Source: Tubulanus polymorphus (Eukaryota; Animalia; Nemertea). From it: a stretch of DNA of 64,000 nt. A program made the translations under genes and the position numbers. Shown here piece after piece: positions 51,843 to 64,000 of this stretch. Under the pieces are notes generated by a model that made no database searches, was not told the origin of the DNA, and saw only the letters and a program-made list of their open reading frames with translations. Every line of letters begins with the position of its first letter. The stretch's first letter is position 1. Location of the stretch: contig NC_134028.1 in NCBI RefSeq assembly GCF_964204645.1, positions 6,882,001-6,946,000 on the forward strand, given 5' to 3'.

Positions 51843-54800
51843 GGAGGGTAAATATAGCTCATGGCCCTCGTTGAAGGTAAGTCAGTTTTATGCCCCTGGT
51901 TTGATTACTATATACAAAGGTGGCATTAGAGATGAATTTTCATATGTGAAGCAGTTTTTAGCTATCAAATTGTCACTGCTGTACGAAAGCAAACATACGT
52001 AACATTAGAAATTGAGTGTTGCATGCTGAAAAGGGAAATTGTACAAAACACAAATTGTACAATTACTTGTATAAACTCAAGAATTACACATTGAATGGGC
52101 TAAAAATCTTGCAATAATTCATTAAGTCTGAAATAATTCTGACTTATTTGAGTCTACTGGAAAATGATGCATTGATCGAAGTCTAAAATCTATTATAAAC
52201 TGACAAATTGATCGCGCACTGATAAAATTTTAAATAACAGCGAAGGATGAAATGACTTTCATAAACTGATATAATCGTGAAAAATGGCAAAATACACTAG
52301 AAGTCTTGTAGTAGAAAGGTGGCAGTTGCCTAACTGTGAAAACTACATCTACAGCTCCTTAAATTCTGTCTAGAATAGAATAATAAGTCACAGATAGAAA
52401 TAAACTGTCATCAATAGAATATCCTGAATATAATAATAGAACAATAGTCTCTCCATGTCAATCTTTGTCCCACCAATAAATTGTAAAGTTCATTCTCAGA
52501 AAAATGTGTCCCATCTTTTTGAAAAGGATAACTAATTACTAAGGATATCTATTTATGAATAGTGATATACTGTGTCATGTAAACTGCTGAAGGTGTGTCT
52601 GAAAATCCATATAAGTGATTTACAAAACATATCACTTATTCTTATGAGTTCTATACTCTTCTTCAAAAAATGAAGAGTACATCTCTGTGTTAGAATCTGC
52701 AGTAACAGAGGAAGCAGCGATGAATGTGACTGCATCTCGACACTTGTCAACAATATAAGTCGCCAGGCTACAGTTCTTTATTTTAGAACCAGTATTAACA
52801 GCCTTTTTTAAAATAGCACATAAGAAAATAGAATACATCTTTCCACTGGAAATGTATCAGTGAACCGTCAGATATCAACAGTAATTATTACATATGATTT
52901 TTGTTTCATTGAATTGTTCATTAAGTTGTAATTTGATCGGAGCCAAGGAGCAGTTTGAGATCATTCAATACCTTAAATAATCACCCTAAAAGTTGAAACG
53001 TCCCCCTTCAAATATGTGGGGGCAATTATCTCATAACGATTGAGAGAAGTGACGGTGAAATAATGTGTGCACTCACCGGGGATTGAACCCGGGTCGCATA
53101 GAAATAACAACCAGTAAAATAGAATGAGTCCAATTGGCCGGTGGTTATACAGCTTGTCATGCATAACAACTGAAACATGACGTGTTGCAGTCACGCGTGG
53201 GCACATGACGTGTTTCATAATGATTAATCCTTTCTTAGAATAATAAAAAGATGGGACACATTTTCTGAAATACCCTGAACTTCAAGACTAAAACTAACTA
53301 CAACTAAACCTGTACCTAAACCCTAAAGCCCCACCCTATATCCCTCCCACCAAAGTCCTACCACCACCCCTATATCCCTCCCTCTGAAGCAGGGTCCGAT
53401 CTAAGGAATGAAAGCCACTTGCCCGGGGGCAAGCATATCTGAAATTTTGCTTGCCCCCTCCAAAAGCTTCTTGCCCTACACAGGCAGTCCGATTGGTGGC
53501 ACTATCATCCATTGTATTGAGTGGGGAAAAAGCTTTGTGACATAAAATTGCACTAGCCCCTGGGACAAGTGATAATGATAACCTACTTGCCCTTATGAGA
53601 ATATACTTGTCCCGGGCAATCGGACAAGTGCTTAGATCGGACCCTGAATCCAACAACCACCCCTACATCCCTCCCGGACCCCTTCCCTCCCGCCCTCCCT
53701 CACCCCTTCCCTCCCACCCTCCCTCACCCCTTCCCTCCCCCCAACCCTACCCACCCTCCCCAAACCCCACGGTTAGGTGAGTTGAAATGTTCTGATGTTT
53801 TAGTTAGACGGATGGGAATCTAATGAAGATGAGAGAACATTAAATCACTGTTCAATCACAAGGATGAAGTAATGCAGTGATGTGTACTCTGTATCTGTAC
53901 ACAATGTTACATATATCTGTAACTGTTCAATCAGTATGAAATAAGTACCGCATTTTAATCTACAGAAATTCTAACTCTAAATACACATGATCTGATTGTC
54001 ATGAAGGAACATGACTGATAACAGTTGTATTATTGACATCAGGAACCAGTTTCATATTGATTAGAAATAACATTTGAGTTGATCCCAATTTAGAAAACTT
54101 TTAAACCCACTTACTGAAATAACAATTCCAACCATGAACTAATCCTAGCCAAATATTCACCGATATTAAGAAATTTGAAATGATTGAATAAATGCAACAG
54201 GTTTCTGTGATTTCATTTCAAAACATGGTATATAAGAAACATTATAAAACTGGTCCCTTAAAATCAATTCAACAACCGATGATGAATAAAGGTAAATGTA
54301 ACTTATCTTGAATTTCCACATTTAGTGATTCCTGATGTCCTGTGCTGAATCCAAGAGTGATTCCTGATGTCCGGTGCAAATCTAAAAAAGTCTGATAGTA
54401 TAACACTGATTCCTTGATGTCCTATGCTGAATCCATGAGTGATTCCTGATGTCCTATGCTGAATCCAAAAAGTCTGATTGCGAAATACTGATTCCTTGTT
54501 TTCCTGCACTGAATCAAAATTCCCATCGAACATTTGAAGTGATACCTATAATAGACAAATATAAGATAGTTTACTATCTTAGAAAGTGCAGAAATATCAA
54601 ATCTATAATTCCAGTGGCGTTGGAAGTGCAGCGGCAATAATTTACTGAATGACATTTTTTTCTATGAATACCACGTTTTTGAAGAAATTAAGTAAATTCG
54701 CCGCGGCAATATTTAGAACCTTTCTAAAATGGGTATTTGGCCGCAGCAATCAAAAATTGCTTCCAAGGCGCCGAAGTTCAAACTTACAAATTAAATTGTT

Positions 54801-57076
54801 CGCTCCAATCTGCAGTTAATTTATTCACGGGGTTTTTTATCCACATTTTAGGTTTTGAATCCTGAGTTGAACATAAAATATAAACAAGAAAGTAATGAAG
54901 AAACTTGAACAGTTTAATTATTATCCGTTTCTGAAACTGATGGAAAAAAACACTTAAAAGATGAAATAAAACTGACACTGTTTTTACTGTCTGATGTAAT
55001 CAGTTCCCTACGTTTGGACGATGATGTCAATTGTTTATAAAATAGTTTTACACATCTACAAATTAAAACAGAAAGTATCAAAATGATACAGAATACAAAA
55101 ATAAATGAATTCAAACCAGAAACCAAAACTAATTCACAATTTTTTAAAGAACAATTATAGAACAACACCGTGAACCCCATCTATAGAAATATCAGGGGGG
55201 ATGGCGATATGTCGGCTCCCATGGGCCCCCTATTCTAAATTCCTGGATCCACCCGTAGTCATTCAATCCATCAATCCCTTCTCAAGACTCAAGTTGCTTT
55301 TTCTTCGACTGTATTGTCACGCTTGACTAACCCGAACCGCCACGACGATGCACACCGTTGTGCCTCTGAAATATGGTTAGCCACAATATCTGAGATGGAA
55401 TATTTTTCGCCATTTAAACCAATGTTACAAACACTTACCGAATATTGAAATACTGATTTCAGGGGCAGAAAGGAGGGTGGCAATGTTTATATTTAGGTGA
55501 TGTTTTGCTTAATTTCGTGTTACGGTAAAGCACGCCATTTTGATATTACGTCAGTGTACCTCGGATTGGGATTCCCGCGCCGCCGCGAATGTCAAAAGGT
55601 AAAATGTTGGTATCGAGTTGAAACTCGAGAGGTCGAATCCTGATATAGGGAGATTCTCAGCAGCAGCGGCTATTATAGCCACACTATCTGTACATTTTTC
55701 GATTAGATTGGGTTTTTATATTCTACGCAATATTCAAAGAATTTATTCTTGACCACGCTCTGCCTTTAGTTCCGGAGTCGAGATAGTTCTTTGAAGGACT
55801 GTAGACCGACGGTAGACCGAGCCGTAGACACTGGCACCATTTGTTTATTTAATTGGTGAATATCAGTAGTATAGTAGTAGTATCCGCCTTGTTGGTACCC
55901 AGTTCCACAGTTCTGAGTTCAGATTTGACCCTGGGTTAAAACATTGAAAATGAACTAACTTTAACTCAGAGTTAACTCTAACTCACAACTGTGGAACTGG
56001 GTCGGTCTACGTAGACCTCAAGACCTCTTCTCGCGTAAGATTAATATTGCCCCGGCCCATTTGGATATTGAGTCCACTAGTGCCCCGGCGTGCCCATACA
56101 GTTTCCCAGGCGACGACTGCAGGGCCCCGCGGGGGGGGGGGGGGGTTGACGAGGCCTACTCCATGCATCTCATTGTGATGATGATTTGCTCGATTCATTT
56201 GGATTAATCTCGGAACTAAGCCAGAAACATTTTATATCGGGCCTAAACACCGGCGGGTCTCAGTGTCGGTACCCTCGTCACCCGCGCAACTCTCCAAATA
56301 GCCTAGGCCTATCGTAGGCCTACAGTGAATTTAATGGCTGAAACATTAAACGTACAATTTTATGAATTAAATAATTTGATAATAAAAATCAAAATTTAAT
56401 AGTTTTCCAGGCACGACAAACTTGAATTTTGTTTGGCTTTCGCCATTTTGAGATTCTGGGTTACTTGAACAACTCTAGGCTACATTCTAAAATTGGGGGA
56501 TCCAATGAGATTCTCTTGCGGTTGACTAATGATCATCTGAGAAGGGTTCCAGGCGACAGGCAAAAAATCACGTATTTTCGGGTATTTGGTGCTGATTTAT
56601 TTGTTTGAGCCTTCGATCAAGAATTCAGAAACCCCGGGGAACACGGGCAATAAACTTATGATTGCATCCGGAGTCAGTCTTATTGGTAGATTGCCCGTTT
56701 ATATCTCGTCCCTTTTTACAGTAAGCACTCGTTTGCTGGGGGTTATGGTTCGATATGACTTTCGGAAGAATTGGTTGTAATTTCGGCGATTTTTCTTCTT
56801 TAAGTGTGATGCCCCGAGGGCATTCAGTCGAATCCGTCGATGTGCTTTGCTCGGTCGGATAAAAAGTTAAATGGGTCTTAATTCGGAAAGGTTCAAAATG
56901 TTGATAAGTTTGGTGAGGAGGTTTTAACCAGGACATTTGCATGGCATTGTTGACCAATTAATTTTGAGAGTCTCTGCCGCGTTGGATATTCTCGGAGCTA
57001 CCCTATCTAAATCAGCTTGGTGTAATGAACGGTTAATACATCCACGATCAACAACTTCGTCAAATTATATCTCAAC

Positions 57077-60000
57077 ATGACTGCCGGCGGTGAGGTGACT
57101 GGAACAGTTATTGTAGCTGGATATACAGGTTCGTTTGACTGAAATACGGAATTGAATTGTAAGATACATTTGAAATTATCTCTAGAGTAAGCCTGTACCG
57201 TAAATCGACCATAATTTTTTTATATACGTGCTTAAAAGTGGACTAAAATGTACGTTTCGATTTTCTTCCAATCTAGATGGCAGCACATCCCGGTTGATGA
57301 TGTATTGAATAAATTGTATGCGGGTGTTTTATTTCAGTAATTCCTATCAGATTCGACGACCACACAACCGTATGTCATGATATGTACATAAAAGAAAATC
57401 AAGTACGTGCGACGTCGAAAGAAAAACCAGCGGGCAAGACTTTGTTCGTGGTGAACGTTCCACCCTATTGTACCAAGGTAACAAATACATAAAGGCTATA
57501 TTTACAGTGCCGTAAACAAACTACACCTGCTACTCCATTGCCCGCCCTTTGTGGAACCCTTTCCACAACACTAACACTCTTTTCACCCTCTAGACGCTAA
57601 TCAAAAATTCAACATCCCCCATTATGAAGATATCTATGCTGTTGTACAACAGTATCGTACATCTAGCCGGTGTAGTTCGTCTTGCCTTGTTACACAGCCT
57701 GTTAGTAAGACACATAATGATATCACATATTACGCATCACTAACAGACTTAGTTTCTATTTTGATATACTCGTCTTTGTGATTGCCGCTATACCATTAGC
57801 TATTCTTATTTCATGATCTAGGGTTAACCTTCATCAGTCACCCGATTGTGGTTTAGCTTCCCGATCGGATCATCCGGTAATGACCATGATTAGGGAACTA
57901 ACTATAACTAAGGATAAACCTTGAGGTATTCAGATGAAAATCACTAAGATTCGCAGAGCTAATGACCCCTACTCATTGTTGACACGGCTTTAATTGATCA
58001 GATGGGTTTCATTCCAAATAGGACTTCGTGTGAAAATATGAGATAATGAAACTAAACTAGTCGGATTACAGACTAAAGCTTGAAATTTGGTCATTGTTCC
58101 CGGCCCTTTACCTCTTAGTGCAATGAATGACAAAATTTTTGTATTGAAATTTTTCAAACCCGGCAACAGTATTAGAGGTAGTTATCACTTTCTTGAATAA
58201 CATATTTGTTTTCATCGTATATTCAGGAAGCGTTGGCGCGGATTTTCACGGAAGCTGGGGACGTTAAGAATGTCTACGTGCAAGACAAGCCTAGCAATGA
58301 TCCGGTGCAGGATTCCGAGTCGGAATATTTCCCGAATTCGAAACGCGCCGACGGATTCAAATGCGCGTACGTCGTATTCGCTAAGGCGTCGTCCATGAGT
58401 AAAGCTCTCAATATGCCGTACGGAAATGGAAGAGTTTTGTCGACCGAAGAAAAGCCGATTGTAACTGGAATTAACAGTGAGTTTTCCTACGAATGTGACG
58501 ATTCTACTTCGACTACTAAATTCATTATATTGTATTCATTGAATTTCCAGACCCAGTTCAGAGAAATCTCGATTAATTTTCAATCATGCAGTGGTACCTC
58601 TTTTATACGAATCTTGTGGGCCAAAGTGAAATTGTAATATTGAAGGGGTTTCGTATTACCCAAATCTTAATTTTGATACATAAACATCTTTCTTAGCTGG
58701 GACATGCTGGAAATCATCATAATAAACTAGTTTCCGTCTTTAACAGAATCGTATTAATTAGGTTCAACAGTAGCTGTGTATATGTTTTAACTGTAATAGT
58801 TAAATTTTAACTCGGGACCCAGTTTCACAACACGTCCACCTGATACTCCATCGACAAAATATCCTATCGTTGGTTCCATCATACAAGGTTTCCGACATAT
58901 GAACAATTATAAGTTTTTACCTTAATAATAAATTTTTCAATTGAGCAGAATGGTACGCTGAACACGTGGAGAAAATGAACACGGATGTGAACGCTTTAAA
59001 AAGAGAAATCGATCAATTCATGGAAATTCATGACCAAAAGCTGGAGGCGGTATGTAGAAAAATAACCCTGACAAGTTGAAACGTTAGAATAGGCATAAAA
59101 TATGTTAGGCTACGTCAGTGGGCTTCCAACGTTCCAAAGCAGGGTTCCTACGACTGCTCGATTCCTTGAAAACTCCTTCTCAACAGAAAAAATGCTTGAA
59201 ACTCCCTCAAAATTCTAGTCTAGTTTGTAGTTGTCCAATAAACTAAGCCGAAATTGGTTCAGTTGGGATTTGTTTTTACACAATTAGGCGGTTACCAAAT
59301 TAGAAACTTACATCTAGGAATGACTGATCTGTAAAAAAATCTGAGCATTCCGTTTCCAAGTTGTTAGTAATACAAAGGCCTGTTCTGATCTTTAATACTT
59401 CACTTAAAATCTTTCTCTTAAAACAGGAGAAGCAGCGAGCTAAAGAAACGGAAGGTGTTCCCGACAAAGATGGATGGGTTACTGTCACGAGGCACGGCAA
59501 AAATAAAGGTGTTCCGCGGACTGAAATACATGAAAAACGCAGCCTAGCAAGGGAGAAAAAAAAACGCAAAGAAAAGGTTCGTTTTCATCTTGATTTTTGA
59601 TAGATCAGCTGCATGCCATCATGTGTGAATAGATTTTAAATACTTAGCCATTGCTACACGAACTTCGCGCAACGTATCAATCCAATTTCTTCAAAACATC
59701 CGCCAGTGTATATGCAGCAATTAAAAAACAGTTACTTTAAGTTATGGTTGATCTTAAGCGCTCCTCGTATTTCGCTGATCACACCCTTAAGGCTCCTCAA
59801 ACACTTCTAAATTTAAAGTTTGTTGTCCTGTAGGTCCTGTTTTTCTCTCACATAGAAAATGCTTTTCATTTTGATTCTTTCATAAGCGGTTAAATTACTC
59901 TTGAAATTCACAACTCAATCGAATATCAAATATTTTGTTGTCATATTTTAGGAGCTGCTAAATTTCTACTCTTTTCAAGCTCGAGACTCCAAAAAAGAAC

Positions 60001-60207
60001 GTAAGTTTGTGTGTATTTTTCGATTGGAAAGTTCCCGTACCTTTCATGCTAAAAAATATGATTCTATAGATATTTTTGATAAAGATTATATTTAAGGTTC
60101 TAAAATCTATTCAATTTGTAGATATTGCTGAATTACGAAAACGTTTCGAGGAGGACAAGAATAAAATCGCGTTGATGAGAGCATCTCGAAAGTTCAAACC
60201 GTACTGA
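57077..60207 (+). CDS. RRP7A: Ribosomal RNA-processing protein 7 homolog A (7 exons)
   Basis: KTLFVVNVPPYCT, GFKCAYVVF, PDKDGWVTVTR, KELLNFYSFQ, IAELRKRFEEDKNKIALMRASRKFKPY*; GT-AG exons. Confidence 0.95.
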
Positions 60208-60389
60208 AAATTCTCAATAGTATGTGTTAAGTGATCTGGTCAGAAATAAATAATTCCAAAAATAATTGTCAAACGTGTTGTAATTCATATTTTTATGAAT
60301 CGGTGTTTATTTACAATTAGCACTGTTTACATCGGTCAAGTGTTTCTCGTACAATGAAGGATACATTACTGTAAAGCTGATGATTTGAG

Positions 60390-63347
60390 TCAGGAAAGGT
60401 TTTCGCTGTTTAACACCATGTTCAACAACCTGAAACGATATAAAATATTCCTATTCAGAATATAAAATACAGTGATCAACAGAAGAAGAGAGAAATCGCT
60501 GAAGCCGTTTAGTTTCATAGTTCCAAGTTATGGTAACAGGGTGACCACTTTCCGCCCATTTACAAATCCTCTAGTTTTTCCCTGATTTATTCCATGTGAT
60601 AATACAAAATTCCCCGAGTAAATCTGAGAAAATTTTAGGTTTAAAATGTTATTTTATTCATTTTTCATGGTTTTTGGTAAAATTTAGTTTTCCTTTTCGA
60701 GAGTTTTCCAGGTCAGTGGCCACCCTGTTTAAACTCTTCAGCGAATCAAAAATAACACACTGACTATAAATGTCCTAACTCAAACAGGTCGAAGTGAGTT
60801 GATTAAAACTTACGGATTGTGTGGCAGTCTTTCACAAACTTTCCTGAGATTGGCTGCAAAATAAACAACAAATTTAATCCTCACACGTAAACGATGTCCT
60901 AAATCATACATTAAATAACAAGACGAGTAGTATTCTAAAGGTTAACTATTTATTCGACGCACAAGCTTTTGCTACTAATGTAAAGAAGCTTCATCAGGTG
61001 AATGACTGATCACTCATTTACCTCGTGCTTCAACTAAATATTTAACCTATATAGTACTACTCGTCTCGTTATATATTCTAAACCTGGTTAACACGGCTAG
61101 GGATCATTCATTTATTACGTACGCATAAAATTTGAATTTTTCAACCCCCTCCCACTCTGTACCCAAATTAGGCCATTTTTTTCATATACATTTAACATTA
61201 CAGTAAGCAATTGCACTGACTCTTCCCCGCTCCCCTAATGCGTACGTAATAAATGAATGACCCCCTACTCTACAAATCTTCGAAATCATAGATTAATTCA
61301 TTTTCAAACGAGGAACTCACCTAGCTTCGTGTGTATCGTGCCCGTTACCATAGTGACCTGTAATATTTGCGCGAGACGCTCGAGAGAGTTCTGTACGATT
61401 TCGCTGGTCATCACGTTCGGTATCGTCATCAACACGCTGACGACGACGTCGACTAGTTTCGCGATATCGCCGATCGTTACGACCGCCGCGGGTCCGTTCG
61501 CGAATTTTCCGGCCGTTAATAAACTGTTCAACACGCCTAAATGCAGTTTCGAGTAGAGGTTATTCACGTATTCGGCGGAAGTCTTTGAGTCGGCTTTGTC
61601 GATTATAGTTTGTTGCGGTAAAAGAGGCGACATAATGCACCAGTGTATGAGTCCGGGTATAGCGGTAGTTACGCAAGAGTCCGGCGTCTGCTGCTGCTGT
61701 TGCGGGGTTTTACACGATTCAAGCAATAGCGTGCAATCGGAACTGATCCATTCCGCCGTTATGTCTAGTATGAGGCTCGGTGGAAATGCCGGTCGAGATT
61801 CAACTGAAATAAGTAGAAAGAATATTTTTGAAGAAAACATATATGTTATTTGATAACCGTTTCAGTGTCTACATCCCATTACGGTGTATAAATCGGTGAT
61901 GAGCTTTGCTAGAACACCGAATCAGAGAGAACGACGCAGTACCTGGAGGGAATGAGTATAGAGACGTAAATGCTGTTATAAGATGACTGGTAAATGAAGG
62001 CGACACGGATGGAAGCGACCGCAGCGTGTTGGCAGCGTTCGGTATCAAATGACAATAATCATCGATTAACCGCTCGGTCAACTGAATACATTCTGTACTA
62101 TGCAAGTTATGATACTGAAAGAAAAAGAAAATAGATTTTCATCAATCTGGGCACCTGCAGATCGGTCATTCCTGGATATAAGCAGTTTTAAAGAGGATGA
62201 TTTCAAATTTCGAGGAAGTGCCTGCATCACTTTCATATTCCAATTTCAGTAGACTTACAAAATGACCTGGCCGATTAGGAGAAACAAGGTATCATTTTTT
62301 TAGCCACAACTCATCGAAAAATCTCATTTTCATTTGTCAATAAGTAAAATGACCCTCGAGTTAAGAATAATCGAATGGTGAAGGCGAATAAACAATGGAA
62401 TTCATTAAAGGAGAAAGTTTCGTGAAACTAACCATCATCCAGGCAGCGGCGCAATCGAGAAGTTTTGAACTCTTGATACCGACAGCCATCGATACGAGTT
62501 GAAACAGTAGGTCCATTTTATGCGGCGCCGTCTTCGCCCCGAATATAACGCGGAACACGGTACGAGCCATTACCGGATCTTTCGCCGTTTCAAAATACGT
62601 CAGTAGAATTTCTTGTAATTGTAGTTCGTTCATGGCGCTGATTCTCTGTATAAAAACACATAACAATATATACATGTAGGGGGTAGCACCTGGAGCACGT
62701 GCTACCCTCTAGATTTTCAGTTGGCCCCGTAAAACATTCTCAGGAAGTCTAAAGGCTCCTATTGTATCTTTCTTTGGTTGAAACAAGCTCCCAAATCGAA
62801 ATGGCATCTGCTTCGAAATGGCATCTGCAGGGGCTTATTTTTAAGAATTTTCTGCGAGAAGGGCAACCAGATCCCTTTTCCCTGCTCGTGGATAATGCAT
62901 TTTTTCAAAATAATTACTGCCCTTTTCATCGGGTGCTACCCCTCTATATAAGCTCTAGATTTGCACCACCTAGGGTTCCAATTAAAAAATACAGCAGTAT
63001 TCCGTTTTAGGCCTTTTGATTTTAAAAAACAAAAAAGTTCAATTTCTCAGATCCTCAAATTTATGATTCCAAGATGTACAGGGCGTATGAGTCAAATACC
63101 GTATTTCAATCCTTAAAAAACAACCCAATTCTTCACATTTGAATCGGATATTCACCTTAGGATGTCGGTGGTAAGGATGAAATATGAAATCTTCGGCAAT
63201 TTGAGCGGCTTGATCATCGGCGCTTGCATTGATTCCGGGAATATTCACTTTCTCAGTCATTAAACATTTCTCAATTCTCTGCAACATGATGAGCATTGCC
63301 GGCGCGAAACCCATTTCACGGATTGTTTTAGCTGCACTGTCGTCCAT
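60390..63347 (-). CDS. INTS15: Integrator complex subunit 15 (C7orf26 homolog), 6 coding exons
   Basis: ISAMNELQLQEIL, LLFQLVSMAVG...LDCAAAWM, LIDDYCHLIPNA...SPSFTSHLITA, GLIHWCIMSPL, LYSKLHLGVL, SLERLAQILQV, ERLPHNPLLNMV. Confidence 0.9.
61099..61266. mobile_element. MITE (second copy ~36976-37136)
   Basis: gatcattcatttattacgtacgcat...atgcgtacgtaataaatgaatgacc inverted ends. Confidence 0.7.
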
Positions 63348-64000
63348 CTTTTACGAAACTGAAAGTTACGGTAGTAAAGTTTAACATCTAGTCTAATCTA
63401 GTCTAATCTGCTGTTTCCCAAACTAGCCTACTGGTAGATCAAGTTCATATACCCTTCTAGAAATCTTCTGTAAGATCAACAAGTATTCAAAATAACGACT
63501 AACCATATATACATGATTCAGAATTTGCATCTTTTTTAAGCTTCCAGAAGCGTCGGTATAGTACGCATTAAATCTGCGGGGAACGCATCAAATCTAAGGG
63601 GGAAAGGTAGTCGGTAAGCTGTCTGTGCCTGGGGTTTAAAGACTTTAGTTTCAGGATCGGATATTTTCACAAACGAACCAAGAAAACAAAAGCTCACCAC
63701 CCTGCGATTATGTATAGGCAACAATCTTGGCCAGGGGAAGCAGTAAGGGGATATGCTGTATTTGGGAATTTCACAATCAAACATTCACATCAGCTACGCA
63801 TTTCATTGGTTTTAGCCCCCATATTTGTGAATAAAGATCCACTTGATTGAATTGAGTTGAATTATCGAATTATCAATGATTTTTTTGTGATTTTGTCAAA
63901 ACATCTACGATATTTTACTAAATGGCGCCAATACATGTAATCCTTACTATCTATCTCATTAATTGACGTGTGAATCATTTATGAACTGCAAGTGGCGAAG

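Noticed and set aside
53070-53105. tRNA gene
   Set aside because: Only a B-box-like fragment with no cloverleaf; probably a SINE remnant. The same applies to the SINE heads at 39517 and 40379.
56625-56957. 110-aa minus-strand ORF upstream of RRP7A
   Set aside because: No recognisable motif or splice context; non-ATG start in the track.
57790-57850. CTGATGA...GAAA hammerhead-like motif on the minus strand
   Set aside because: Stems II and III do not pair convincingly.

Overview
Intron-rich, AT-rich animal DNA, probably a lophotrochozoan-type invertebrate (inferred from gene and repeat content; species not determinable). Conserved genes: REXO5-like DEDDh exonuclease, NAA60 (with an AT-AC minor intron), RRP7A and INTS15/C7orf26. 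The left 29 kb is a dynamic region. It holds a TTC22/IFIT-like TPR gene whose second coding exon (absent from the ORF track) encodes a TIR-like domain, and a 6.5-kb unclassified TIR-bounded element carrying a spliced UIM-OTU-PHD gene with no recognisable transposase. It also holds an ISL2EU-type transposon (intact THAP-DDE transposase, truncated SAP-SWIM-YqaJ gene) and a higher-order tandem array of intronless GPCR genes. One short non-coding leader exon cassette recurs upstream of three unrelated gene types (five copies). Many MITEs, SINEs, Helentron-like pieces and a Penelope-type hammerhead motif are scattered throughout. All exon structures were read by eye; homology calls rest on motif recognition, not database searches.
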